64,000 nt of DNA from an uncultured delta proteobacterium (lineage in GTDB: Bacteria > Desulfobacterota > Binatia > UBA9968), in assembly GCA_963745835.1 (NCBI GenBank), contig CAVUZH010000003.1:1-64000 (forward strand), in the 5' to 3' direction. The stretch's first letter is position 1; every line of letters begins with the position of its first letter. Under the pieces are notes generated by a model, which saw nothing but the letters and a program-made list of their open reading frames with translations, had not been told where the DNA came from and searched no databases. Shown here piece after piece: positions 51,742-61,877 of the stretch. A program made the position numbers and the translations under genes.

Positions 51742-52569
51742 ATGTTGAAACCCATCGGATTGACGGAAGGACACTATGAGTGCCGCTCGTTGGACGAAAC
51801 GCTGCCGATTTTTACCGACCTGCTAGCTCTCGAAGTCGTCGAGCGCAAAGACGACGGAGCGGTATTGAAGCATCCGAATACAGCGTGGCATCTGGTTGTC
51901 CATGAGGGCGGACCTAACGCGGCTAACAAACCGCACACTAACCATTACGGATTTCGGGTTTCAAGCTCGAGGGAAATACCCAAGGCTTACGAATACCTCA
52001 CTGACCACAAAGATCAGTACAAAATCAAAAGCGTGACCAAGCCTCACGAGGCCCATTTCGCCTACTCGGTTTATTTCAAAGAGCCGGGCGGTAATGATCT
52101 CGAAATTGAGTACTACAATCCGGCGGCGGTCAAGCAGGGCCGTAAAATCGCCGCGCCGCATTGGACTGACCCGCTGCCGGAAGAGAAATTTCCCGGAAAG
52201 GGCTACGTGCCGCAGGCGATGACTCATGGTACTTTGAATTGCGATGATAAGGAGGTCAATGATCGCTTTGTCAAAGAAGTTCTCGGACTGGAGATCATCG
52301 GCGGCGGCCGCACCTCTACCTACATCAGCCACCCAAGCACGCCGTGGTACATCGTTGTGTTACCGACCACGCGCCGTGAATATCTGACCGCAGCCAACCG
52401 GTTTACCTTGAAACTTGCGTCGGCCGAAGAAGTTGCTGACGCGCACAAAGAATTTTCGAACAGAGGCAAAGCGATCGGCATCAACGAGCTTTGGGACTTG
52501 GAAGAAAACGGACGGACCCATTTCATCTTCAGCGACATCAGCAAGAATTGGTGGGAAGTCACCTCATGA
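51742..52569 (+). CDS. VOC family protein with tandem domains
   Basis: NHYGFRV, YFKEPGGNDLEIE, THGTL, KNWWEV. Confidence 0.85.
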   Translation: MLKPIGLTEGHYECRSLDETLPIFTDLLALEVVERKDDGAVLKHPNTAWHLVVHEGGPNAANKPHTNHYGFRVSSSREIPKAYEYLTDHKDQYKIKSVTKPHEAHFAYSVYFKEPGGNDLEIEYYNPAAVKQGRKIAAPHWTDPLPEEKFPGKGYVPQAMTHGTLNCDDKEVNDRFVKEVLGLEIIGGGRTSTYISHPSTPWYIVVLPTTRREYLTAANRFTLKLASAEEVADAHKEFSNRGKAIGINELWDLEENGRTHFIFSDISKNWWEVTS

Positions 52570-52580
52570 GTGCAAACAAC

Positions 52581-52706
52581 CGTTCAAAGGTTCAACGGTT
52601 CAATAGTTCAACGTCAGACCGGACCAGTTGGTGAATCGCATCTCTGGGTCGCTTTGGACTGCGATTGAACTTGAACTCATGAGTCTGTCTTGAACGGTTG
52701 AACCGT
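52581..52706. repeat. GTTCAA/TTGAAC short-unit inverted repeat cluster
   Basis: Four GTTCAA at 8-bp spacing face four TTGAAC between convergent genes. Confidence 0.65.
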
Positions 52707-52715
52707 ACCCCGTTT

Positions 52716-53719
52716 TCATGCCTGGCTGCGGAAATGCGGCATGACTTTGTTGGCGAAGGCTTCGACGCTCTCGTGGTAAACCTTTCGGGCGGGGGTGAGC
52801 ATGAGATGCTTGACGCCCGCCGCTTTTAACTCTTCAATGCGCGCGATGCATTCTCCCGGCGTGCCGGCAATTGAAAAGCGCCGAACTAGATAATCATTGA
52901 CCAGATCGGGGTCGACCCGGTCTTCCATCGGCTTCATGACATCAAAGCCTGCCATGAATTTCTGAACACCGTTCAGCTCTTCCGCTGGAACCGTTTCCAG
53001 GGTAAAGCGGAAATTATGATGGGCGCGGTTGGCGATGCGATTGCGCACTATGCGACGGGCCTCTTTGCCGTCGTCGCACACGCAGAGCATGCCCGCGGCA
53101 ATCATCGCAACCTCTTTGGCGTCGCGCCCTGCCGATTCAGTTCCTTCACGAATTTTATTTTTTGCCCAGTCGAACACGCGCAAGTCGAATCCAGTGCCGA
53201 GAATCACGCCATCGGCGCAGCGGCCGGCGAGTTGCAGTCCTTTGGGGCCCTCGGCTGAAACATAAATCGGCGCCGGCTCTTTGATAGTAAAGCTGATGCC
53301 GAACTCACCGGTGGGAAACGTGGCGGAGTTTCCCGGACGAGATGACGGATCAGTTTTACCCCTTCTTCAAACTGCTTCATCGGGGTAGCTTTCAATCCTT
53401 GCGTGTAAACCGGTCCATCGCCGGTGCCTAGCCCGAGAATCGCACGTCCCTTGGATATCTCATTCAGCGATGCCGCCGCGCCGGCAAGGACCGTTGGATG
53501 GCGAAAGACCATGTTGGTTACAGCAATGCCTAGAAGAACGCGTTGGGTCAGCATCGCGCAGCTCGCCAAGGTCTGGAAGGAATCGATGGAGCTCAAATGA
53601 CTTTCGCCGAGAAAGATTCCGTCGTAGCCTAGTTCTTCGGCGCGTTGCGCGCGTTTATGAATTTCATCGATGCTTTTTACGCCACCATGAAGACTATGCA
53701 GGCTGAATTTGAGCGACAT
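52716..53719 (-). CDS. LLM class oxidoreductase (Mer-like) with one frameshift near 53335
   Basis: AEELGYDGIFLGESH, GRAILGLGTGD; after the shift PIYVSAEGPKGLQLAGRCADGVIL; one G missing from a G run. Confidence 0.85.
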
Positions 53720-53759
53720 GTGCTTCTCCAACAGGAAGGCATCAGGCACCAGGTAATTC

Positions 53760-53979
53760 GCACGGCCACGCTTTAGTCACATTCTACCGATGTCTCAGGG
53801 TAAGCCCGGAGAGGCGAACGCGCCAACCGCACAGCCTCGCCGACTCCTTGGGTGCATGCCCGAACAAGACCAAATTTATGCCTGGCATTCGCATGATAAC
53901 TAAGTATTCAAGGCACGAGCCCTTCGTGTTCTCCTCGCAGGACTTACCCTGAGGCCATCGATCGTGAACAATACCGTGC
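53760..53979 (+). ncRNA. Candidate rod-like structured RNA or MITE
   Basis: Nested complementary blocks spanning ~220 nt, several with G·U pairs. Confidence 0.4.
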
Positions 53980-53997
53980 TGGCACGCACCCCGTTGC

Positions 53998-54813
53998 CTA
54001 TGGGTTAAATGCCACTAAGCCGCAGCCGGTCGCCCACGGATGAACCGGCTCGTAGGCGAGCAAGCTTGCCCGCCAGTCCTCCACCGCGCCTGCCACGGTG
54101 ATCCAGGTCCTAATTTCGTGACCGCCGGAACCGGCCTCTTTGTCGATCCCTGAATGGGAGTATTCGGTCAGACGGGCGCGCTTGCCGTTGACTAAGGTTT
54201 CGAGAAATTGCTCATCAAAAGCTACATTGATCTTGCCCATCTTCGCTTCCCCGGGCCAGTGGGAGAGGCCGCCGGTGGCAATCAATGCAATTCGTCTCGG
54301 TTGTTGCTCCAGCGCTTTCCCGAGCACCCGGCCTAATTCGAAACAGCGCTTGGGTGAGGGCATCGGCGTCGTCAAGGTGTTGATAATCAGCGGGACAACC
54401 GGCACGGTCATGCCAGGATTTAGAAAATGCAGCGGCAACATCGTCGCGTGGTCGAACAATAGCTCATCCGAAAATGCCGGATCAAAGCCGCTGTCGAGAC
54501 ATGCGTCTAGCAGCTGCGCGCCCAAAGCTGGATCGCCGGGCACCCGCGTCTTGGAGATTTTCAGCCATTCTTCCACTGGCCCATCATAGTATTGGGCGCG
54601 GCCGATGCAGAATGTCGGCATTTGGTTCAAGAAAAAATTCGCCCAATGTTCGACACTGACCACGACCAGAACATCCGGCTTCGAAGCGGCCAGCATGTCA
54701 CCGAGCTTGTGATAGCTGCCGAGAATTTTGTCCCTTTGCTCTTGGGGCGCGGCTTCAGTCCAGGCAGTCATTCCTGGCGCGTGACTCGCGGCACAGGCAA
54801 ATACGATCGGCAT
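53998..54813 (-). CDS. Class III extradiol ring-cleavage dioxygenase (LigB-like)
   Basis: SHAPG, EHWANFF, FDHA, TGGLSHWPG, HEIRTWI. Confidence 0.9.
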   Translation of the reverse strand: MPIVFACAASHAPGMTAWTEAAPQEQRDKILGSYHKLGDMLAASKPDVLVVVSVEHWANFFLNQMPTFCIGRAQYYDGPVEEWLKISKTRVPGDPALGAQLLDACLDSGFDPAFSDELLFDHATMLPLHFLNPGMTVPVVPLIINTLTTPMPSPKRCFELGRVLGKALEQQPRRIALIATGGLSHWPGEAKMGKINVAFDEQFLETLVNGKRARLTEYSHSGIDKEAGSGGHEIRTWITVAGAVEDWRASLLAYEPVHPWATGCGLVAFNP

Positions 54814-54816
54814 AGT

Positions 54817-55071
54817 TTACTCCAATCCAGCCAATGCCTTGGCGTAATCTTCGTTAGACACTCGGTGCAGTAACGTGAACGGGCGCAGCAACAGCGGATG
54901 AACGCCGTGGCTATAGAGCTGGCGCACATCCAGGTCCGCTATGGCCGCTTGCTCCTCGGGAGTCAGTTCATAGCGAGCGAGAAATCCGGCTTTGTCGGCT
55001 CGGTAGGCGTCGCGCCGCTCCGGGTTTCGGTTTACGTCATAGATGAGTTTTTGTAGCTGATAGAGACTCAT
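54817..55071 (-). CDS. LigA-like aromatic ring-opening dioxygenase small subunit
   Basis: MSLYQLQKL...YELTPEEQAAI...LYSHGVHPLLL, directly upstream of the LigB-like gene. Confidence 0.85.
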   Translation of the reverse strand: MSLYQLQKLIYDVNRNPERRDAYRADKAGFLARYELTPEEQAAIADLDVRQLYSHGVHPLLLRPFTLLHRVSNEDYAKALAGLE

Positions 55072-55072
55072 A

Positions 55073-56167
55073 TCAGCCGTCCAATCTTTGGTGCAGCCAG
55101 GTGATGATGGTTTTGAAGATGTTCGGAATAGCGCCCATATGGCCGCCCGGAAACAGGCGAATCGTCTTCGGATCGCCATGCTCCAAAAGCAAATAGAAAT
55201 CCTCAAGCGGCACCTGTTTGTCTTCTTTACCGTTGACGATCAGCAACGGTGCGCAGGGCTTGTCCAACCAGCCTTGATCGAGCAGCGATAGCGCCGGCAT
55301 AACTTGGCAGAGTTCGTCGAAGCTCTTTTTGCCGAAAAGATTAGCACGCGCTTCGATTAGATCGAATAGGTAAGAGTCGGCGTTGCGCGATCGTTCTTGC
55401 CACTCAGGCTGGAAGAAGTAATGAATACCTCCGCCCCAGTTGACCGCCGCTCGTAATTTGTCGGGCGCGAGATGGGCCAGCTTGGTCGACCAGTGACCGC
55501 CGAAGCTGGCGCCGACGACAGCAATGCGAGTTGTATCCACCTCCGGTCTTTTGCTCAGGTATTCCAACGCCGTCGTGTGAACCTGGTGCGCCTCGGGTCC
55601 GGCAAGCACCGGGCATTCGCCCGTTCCCGGACTGTCCATTACGAAGCAGCCCCAACCCTCTTTTACAAAAGATTCGGCAAAGGAATGGCGTTCCTCCTTC
55701 CAATTGTCGATGCCGCCCCAGTGCATAATCAGTGGAGCGGGCACTTTCTTGGGCAGCCGCAGATGACCGATGATTTGTTTGTCCTGAAATGGAATGGACA
55801 CACGTTCGATCGGGATCTCGAAATACTTCGAAGCAGCGAGAAACATTTCGCGGGTTTTTACATAGCCGTGGTGTTTACCGGGAGTGCTGGGAAAGGGGTG
55901 GCGCGCAATCCCGTAGTAGCCGTACGACTTCAGATAGCTTTCCCTGGCTTCTTGCATGTTGCCGGCGCTCTCCGACGCCCTTGCTTTCTCTTCCCAGCGT
56001 GCGCCCAATTCATTCCATGCCTGCGCCCATGTCTCGCCCTGCACCGAGCCCATCTTGCAGAGGGCTTCTTCAGCTTCGGCTTTGTCGGCATGAAGAAACG
56101 GCGCGCGCTGACCCAGGCGAGCGCGAATGTCATTCTTGATCTCTTCAAGGTTACGTGGCTGGTTCAT
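55073..56167 (-). CDS. Alpha/beta hydrolase (FrsA/DUF1100, 2,6-dihydroxypseudooxynicotine hydrolase-like)
   Basis: GGIDNWKEE, DSPGTGE, GASFGG, NGKED, GGHMG. Confidence 0.85.
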   Translation of the reverse strand: MNQPRNLEEIKNDIRARLGQRAPFLHADKAEAEEALCKMGSVQGETWAQAWNELGARWEEKARASESAGNMQEARESYLKSYGYYGIARHPFPSTPGKHHGYVKTREMFLAASKYFEIPIERVSIPFQDKQIIGHLRLPKKVPAPLIMHWGGIDNWKEERHSFAESFVKEGWGCFVMDSPGTGECPVLAGPEAHQVHTTALEYLSKRPEVDTTRIAVVGASFGGHWSTKLAHLAPDKLRAAVNWGGGIHYFFQPEWQERSRNADSYLFDLIEARANLFGKKSFDELCQVMPALSLLDQGWLDKPCAPLLIVNGKEDKQVPLEDFYLLLEHGDPKTIRLFPGGHMGAIPNIFKTIITWLHQRLDG

Positions 56168-56546
56168 ACATCTCCTCGTTGGTCGCTCATTAAGTTACCA
56201 TCGCATCTGTCAAAAACCATAGATCGGCCGGGGGCATAAATGCAATCTTAGAGTCGTTTTGGGCGATACAGACGCCGGCAGGGCGGCTACCTGTACCGGC
56301 TTACATCTCAAAGATTCTATTCGTTGCATGCCAGCTCTAAAATTTTTTTTGCTTGGACGATCAAGAGGCGCTACTCTGCGACCAACAGAAAAGCGCGAAA
56401 TTTCAGAATTTACCAGCGAGTTTTCGCCGGCAGCCTGCCTGCGATTAGGGTTGACCTTTGGCTTAGTGCGTGGCATGCCAATAGGAACGTCGCTTCTCTA
56501 GAATGTTTTTTTCTCCATTACATTGTCAATTCCTCAAGAGGTAGGC

Positions 56547-57407
56547 ATGGCATCGATCATCGACGGCAAAGCCGTCGCCAGAGAAGTTCAAAAGAAAATC
56601 AAAGAGGAAGTTGACGGGCTGGAACGGCGTTGGGGAATGGCGCCGGGACTAGCTGTTGTATTGGTTGGCGATGATCCAGGATCCCATATTTATGTAAAGA
56701 ACAAAGAAAAAGCCTGTAAAGAAGTTGGAATAAAATCTTTTGAACACTTCCTTCCCGCGACTGTTTCGGAAAAGGAACTGCTTGCCTTGGTTCACAGTTT
56801 GAACAAAGACAAGGATGTTCACGGCATTCTGGTTCAACTGCCGCTTCCTGCTCACATCCGCTCGGAAAGAATTCTTCAAGCGGTGTCTCCGTTCAAAGAT
56901 GTCGATGGTTTCCATCCAGTGAGCCAGGGAATGCTGGTTATCGGCGCCGATGGCTTTCGGCCATGCACGCCGTTGGGGGTTATGAAACTTCTCGAGGCGG
57001 CAGGCTATGCTCTCAAAGGCAAGAATGCTGTGGTCGTTGGCCGGAGCAATATCGTTGGCAAACCAGTAGCGCTGATGTTGCTCGAAAAGCATGCCACAGT
57101 GACAATTTGTCATTCTCGCACAGCAAGCCTGCGCGATGAAGTGGCCCGCGCGGATGTTTTGGTCGTGGCAATCGGCAAAGCGGGATTGGTTCGAGGCGAC
57201 TGGATCAAGCCTGGAGCCGTCGTCATCGACGTCGGCGTCAATCGTTTGCCCAACGGTAAACTTACTGGTGACGTTGAATTTGAAACCGCTAAGGAACGAG
57301 CATCCGCGATCACCCCTGTGCCCGGCGGCGTCGGTCCAATGACCATTTGCATGCTGCTGTATAACACTCTGAAGGCGGCCAAGGATTCGATTCAACGCGA
57401 ACGTTAG
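56547..57407 (+). CDS. folD: Methylenetetrahydrofolate dehydrogenase/cyclohydrolase
   Basis: [40 protein letters not shown]. Confidence 0.97.
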   Translation: MASIIDGKAVAREVQKKIKEEVDGLERRWGMAPGLAVVLVGDDPGSHIYVKNKEKACKEVGIKSFEHFLPATVSEKELLALVHSLNKDKDVHGILVQLPLPAHIRSERILQAVSPFKDVDGFHPVSQGMLVIGADGFRPCTPLGVMKLLEAAGYALKGKNAVVVGRSNIVGKPVALMLLEKHATVTICHSRTASLRDEVARADVLVVAIGKAGLVRGDWIKPGAVVIDVGVNRLPNGKLTGDVEFETAKERASAITPVPGGVGPMTICMLLYNTLKAAKDSIQRER

Positions 57408-57442
57408 CCAAGCCAGCTTCCTCCTAACTTTTTTCGGACCTC

Positions 57443-58522
57443 ATGAAGCGAACCGCATTATACGCTGCTCATCGCCGCGCCGGCGGGCGCATGGTTGAGT
57501 TTGCCGGTTGGGAAATGCCGGTCCAGTACAGCGGTGTCATCGCCGAACATATGGCCGTGCGCAGCCGGGCCGGACTTTTCGATGTCAGCCATATGGGCGA
57601 GATTGCAGTACGCGGCGCCGGAGCAGAAGCGATGTGCCAGAGGCTTACTGCTAATGATCTCGCGCGCATGCAAGTATATCAAGCTCAGTATAATTTGCTT
57701 TTAAATGACCACGGCGGGGTGATTGATGACGTAATCTTTTATAAGCGGCAGCCGGATGATTTTCTTATTTGCGTCAACGCATCGAATAGTGAAAAAGATT
57801 TCAAATGGCTGCGGCAGCATGCAACCGGAAAGATCCAAGTGGAAAATGTCAGCGAAGACTATGCGCAATTGGCATTACAGGGGCCGCTGGCAGAAACCAT
57901 ATTGCAGCCCCTGGTATCGATTGCTCTTGCCGACATCAAATCCTTCTATTTTGGTGAGAGCGAAGTTGCCGGCACTCGCTGCCTGATCGCCCGCACGGGT
58001 TATACCGGTGAAGCCGGGTTTGAGCTGTATTGTTCTTCCCAAGACGCCGAAAAGTTGTGGCATGATCTACTCGATGCCGGCGCGCCGGCGGGTTTGCTGC
58101 CGGCCGGGCTCGGCGCGCGCGACACCTTGCGCTTGGAGAAAGCTTATCCTCTTTATGGTCACGAACTCGACGACAGCACGACTCCGTTAGAGGCAGGACT
58201 GCAATGGGTGGTGAAATTTTCCAAAGGCTCTTTCATCGGTTGTGAAGTCTTGCTAAGGCAGAAACAAGCAGGCGTTAAACGCAAACTTGTCGGCCTGGAG
58301 CTGATCGAACCCGGCATCGCGCGCAGCGAGTATCGGTTGTTGAAAGGTGGACGGTGTATCGGCAGAGTAACCAGCGGCACCCGATCGCCGACGCTGGGAC
58401 GGTCGATCGCGCTTGGATATGTCGAGGCGGAAGAAGGCCGCGCCGAAAATATACTTGAAGTCGAAATCCGCAACAAACCAGTTCGCGCTAAGACAGTGCC
58501 GTTGCCGTTTTACCGGCGCTGA
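57443..58522 (+). CDS. gcvT: Glycine cleavage system T protein
   Basis: [35 protein letters not shown]. Confidence 0.97.
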   Translation: MKRTALYAAHRRAGGRMVEFAGWEMPVQYSGVIAEHMAVRSRAGLFDVSHMGEIAVRGAGAEAMCQRLTANDLARMQVYQAQYNLLLNDHGGVIDDVIFYKRQPDDFLICVNASNSEKDFKWLRQHATGKIQVENVSEDYAQLALQGPLAETILQPLVSIALADIKSFYFGESEVAGTRCLIARTGYTGEAGFELYCSSQDAEKLWHDLLDAGAPAGLLPAGLGARDTLRLEKAYPLYGHELDDSTTPLEAGLQWVVKFSKGSFIGCEVLLRQKQAGVKRKLVGLELIEPGIARSEYRLLKGGRCIGRVTSGTRSPTLGRSIALGYVEAEEGRAENILEVEIRNKPVRAKTVPLPFYRR

Positions 58523-58552
58523 GACGGCGTTAGCAGGCTAAGGAGGAAGGTC

Positions 58553-58990
58553 ATGGAGATTCCTGAGGGGCTCAGATATTCAAAAGAACACGAATGGGTT
58601 CTGGTCGAGGGTAAAACAGCAACCATTGGCATCACCGAGTATGCGCAGGAGGAACTCGGGGATATCGTTTTCGTCGAGTTACCGGAGATCGGGGAAAAGA
58701 TTGTAAAAGACGATCCGTTCGGCGCCGTCGAATCGGTCAAAGCGGTGTCGGACATCTATGCGCCGGTGAGCGGAACGGTGTTGGAAATCAACGACTCGCT
58801 TCCTGACAGCCCGGAAACAATCAATGATGATGCCTATGGAGATGGCTGGATGATCCGGGTTGAGATGCAGGACATGGACGATCTGAAAGATTTGATGACC
58901 GCTGAGGAATACGCGGAATATATCGAGCAGCAAAAGGAAGACGACGATGAGGAGGACGAGGCCGAAGACGACGATGAGGACGAGGAATAA
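58553..58990 (+). CDS. gcvH: Glycine cleavage system H protein with acidic tail
   Basis: [19 protein letters not shown], lipoyl site ESVKAVSD. Confidence 0.97.
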   Translation: MEIPEGLRYSKEHEWVLVEGKTATIGITEYAQEELGDIVFVELPEIGEKIVKDDPFGAVESVKAVSDIYAPVSGTVLEINDSLPDSPETINDDAYGDGWMIRVEMQDMDDLKDLMTAEEYAEYIEQQKEDDDEEDEAEDDDEDEE

Positions 58991-58999
58991 TCCCAGTCT

Positions 59000-60346
59000 A
59001 TGAGCTACACGCCGCACACGGAGACGGACAAAAAACGAATGCTTGACGCGATTGGAGCGGACAGCGTCGAAGATCTATTCCGCCATGTTCCAGAAAAGTT
59101 TCGTTCGACGGCCAAAATCAATTTGCCGGACGGCGTCAATGAATTAACAGTGCGTCAACGACTGGCCGCTCTTGCCGCCAAAAATGCCGCCGCAAACGAT
59201 TGGGACCTTTATCTCGGCGGAGGCATCTATCATCATTTCATCCCGAGCGCGGTCGATGCGATTATTTCACGCTCGGAGTTCTCGACCTCTTATACTCCCT
59301 ACCAGCCGGAGGTGAGCCAGGGTACTTTGCAAGTTCTTTTCGAGTATCAGACCTTGATCTGCCAGCTCACCGGGATGGAAGTCTCCAATGCCGGCGTTTA
59401 TGACGGCGCTTCGGCGAGCGCTGAAGCGATTCTCATGTCGCGTCGCATTCAATCATCGTCCCGACGGCGGGTTTTAGTCTCTCGCGCACTTCACCCGCAG
59501 TATCGCGCCGTGCTTGCTACTTATCTCCGCAATCTGACCGATGTCAGCCTGGAAGAGATTCCTTTTGATGGCAGCGGAGCAACCGATATCGATCAGGTGG
59601 CGCGCCAGTTGAACGAACGGACAATGTGCGTGCTTGTAGGCTATCCAAACTTCTTCGGAGTGATTGAGAACCTGGCCCCGCTACATGAGCTCTGCCAGCG
59701 CGCGGGTGCTCAACTCATCACCGCAACCACGGAGCCTCTGGCTTTCGGGGTGTTAAAGCCGCCCGGAGCGTTCGGCGTCGATATCGCGGTGGGCGAAGGA
59801 CAAAGCTTGGGAGTGCCCATGGCGCTGGGCGGCCCGGGATTCGGTTTCTTCGCGACCCAGCGTAAATTTATGCGCAACCTGCCGGGCAGGCTTGTCGGCG
59901 AGACTGTCGATGGCGAAGGCCGGCGCGGCTATGTGTTGACCCTGGCCACGCGGGAGCAACACATTCGCCGGGAGAAGGCGACATCGAATATCTGCACCAG
60001 CCAGACGCTGTGCACGACCGCTGCAACTGTTTATATGGCATTTATGGGAAGGACCGGCATGCGTCGTTTGGCGCAGGTTAATGTAGCGCGTGCTCATGAA
60101 GCGTATCAGCGTTTAATCCAGTACTCCAAAGTCGAAGGTTGCTTCACGGCGCCGTTTTTCAATGAGTTCGTGGTCAAGGGAAAGCAGCTCGACGAGATCG
60201 TGCGTCGCTGTTCAGAGCGAAGAATCATCCCCGGAATTTCGTTGGTGAAATGGTATCCCGAGCTACCGGATTGCTTACTTGTATGTGTCACCGAGATGAA
60301 CGATAGAGAAGGGATCGATCGCCTTGTCCGAGCCGTCTCGAACTGA
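59000..60346 (+). CDS. gcvPA: Glycine dehydrogenase subunit 1
   Basis: YTPYQPEVSQGTLQ, REQHIRREKATSNICT. Confidence 0.96.
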   Translation: MSYTPHTETDKKRMLDAIGADSVEDLFRHVPEKFRSTAKINLPDGVNELTVRQRLAALAAKNAAANDWDLYLGGGIYHHFIPSAVDAIISRSEFSTSYTPYQPEVSQGTLQVLFEYQTLICQLTGMEVSNAGVYDGASASAEAILMSRRIQSSSRRRVLVSRALHPQYRAVLATYLRNLTDVSLEEIPFDGSGATDIDQVARQLNERTMCVLVGYPNFFGVIENLAPLHELCQRAGAQLITATTEPLAFGVLKPPGAFGVDIAVGEGQSLGVPMALGGPGFGFFATQRKFMRNLPGRLVGETVDGEGRRGYVLTLATREQHIRREKATSNICTSQTLCTTAATVYMAFMGRTGMRRLAQVNVARAHEAYQRLIQYSKVEGCFTAPFFNEFVVKGKQLDEIVRRCSERRIIPGISLVKWYPELPDCLLVCVTEMNDREGIDRLVRAVSN

Positions 60347-61814
60347 CCCGCCACAGCCCAATCAATCTCAGCGACTGCTCTTCGAGGGCGGCTCGCCCGG
60401 ACGAACCGCCTTTTCATGGCCGGATAAAACACCAGCGGTATCGGAGAGTATTCCCGAAACTTATTTGCGTCAGGATATTCCCGACTTTCCAGAGCTAGGC
60501 GAGCTCGAGCTGCTGCGTCATTTTACCCGTTTATCGCAACGCAATTATGCAATCGAGAGCCAGTTCTATCCGCTCGGCTCCTGTACCATGAAGTACAACC
60601 CGAAAATCAATGAAGTGGTGGCGCGTTATCCGGGTTTCTCGCTTGTACACCCGCTCGCGCCGCTGGCTCTGAATCAGGGTGCCCTGGAGTTGCTTTTCGG
60701 TCTTGAGCAGATGCTCGCCGAGATTAGCGGCATGGATGATGTCAGTCTCCAGCCTTCGGCCGGCGCCCAAGGTGAGTTAACAGGTTTGATGCTGATCCGC
60801 GCCTATCTTTCAGCGCAGGGAAATCCGCGCAAGAAGATCATTGTGCCGGATACCGCCCATGGGACAAATCCGGCGAGCTCCACGTTGTGCGGCTATGACG
60901 TAGTGCAAGTATCATCCAACGAGCAAGGGGTGATCGCTGCCGCGGCTGTGGCCACCGCCATGGACGAGGATGTAGCCGCATTGATGCTTACCAACCCGAA
61001 CACACTTGGGATTTTCGAGAAAAATATTGAAGCCGTCGCCGAGGTTGTGCACGACAAAGGTGGTTTGGTTTACTTGGACGGCGCCAATTTAAACGCCTTG
61101 ATGGGAATAGCCAAACCGGGCCATATGGGCGTCGATGTGCTGCATATGAATTTGCACAAAACTTTTTCCACGCCGCACGGCGGTGGCGGGCCCGGCGCCG
61201 GTCCGGTTGGGGTAAAAACGTTCCTGCGCGATTTCTTGCCGACGCCTCGGATCGTAAAAATGGCTAACGGTTATGAGTTGATCGAGGACATGCCGGCTTC
61301 GATCGGGCGTGTGCGATCATTTTTCGGCAATTTCGGCGTGCTGGTCCGGGCGTTTGCTTATATTCTTTCGCTTGGCGGCGATGGGCTGGAAGAAACCAGC
61401 CGGATGGCGCTGCTCAATGCCAATTACATCAAGAGCAAGTTGGAACGGCATTATCAGCTCGCGTACAACGAGCCGTGCATGCATGAGTGTGTGTTCAACG
61501 ATCGGAACCAACACAGAAATGGCGTCTCAACTCTGGATATCGCCAAGCGTTTGCTCGATTATGGTTTTCACCCGCCGACGATCTATTTTCCTTTGGTGGT
61601 TTCGGGAGCGTTGATGATCGAACCCACTGAGACTGAAACGCCGGAAACGCTCGATCAATTCATCGAAGCAATGATCGCGATCGCCCAGGAATCCCGCGAA
61701 ACTCCCGACTTAGTAAAGAATGCCCCGCATACCACTCCGGTACGTCGACTCGACGAAGCTAAAGCCGCTAGAAAACCAGTGCTTCGCTGGGAGCGGCCGG
61801 AAGTGGAACGCTAG
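60324..61814 (+). CDS. gcvPB: Glycine dehydrogenase subunit 2
   Basis: YPLGSCTMKYNP, PLP lysine in NLHKTFSTPHGGGGPG, MIEPTETE. Confidence 0.96.
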   Translation: MSEPSRTDPPQPNQSQRLLFEGGSPGRTAFSWPDKTPAVSESIPETYLRQDIPDFPELGELELLRHFTRLSQRNYAIESQFYPLGSCTMKYNPKINEVVARYPGFSLVHPLAPLALNQGALELLFGLEQMLAEISGMDDVSLQPSAGAQGELTGLMLIRAYLSAQGNPRKKIIVPDTAHGTNPASSTLCGYDVVQVSSNEQGVIAAAAVATAMDEDVAALMLTNPNTLGIFEKNIEAVAEVVHDKGGLVYLDGANLNALMGIAKPGHMGVDVLHMNLHKTFSTPHGGGGPGAGPVGVKTFLRDFLPTPRIVKMANGYELIEDMPASIGRVRSFFGNFGVLVRAFAYILSLGGDGLEETSRMALLNANYIKSKLERHYQLAYNEPCMHECVFNDRNQHRNGVSTLDIAKRLLDYGFHPPTIYFPLVVSGALMIEPTETETPETLDQFIEAMIAIAQESRETPDLVKNAPHTTPVRRLDEAKAARKPVLRWERPEVER

Positions 61815-61877
61815 TCTCTGTTCTTAAGCCTATATCATTGCAGGAGCGATTCGCCCGCCGACAATGGGGCAGGGTCG

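Noticed and set aside
56170-56546. Glycine, THF or ZTP riboswitch upstream of folD-gcv
   Set aside because: Conserved cores (e.g. GGAGA...CCGAAG...CTCAGG) were not seen.
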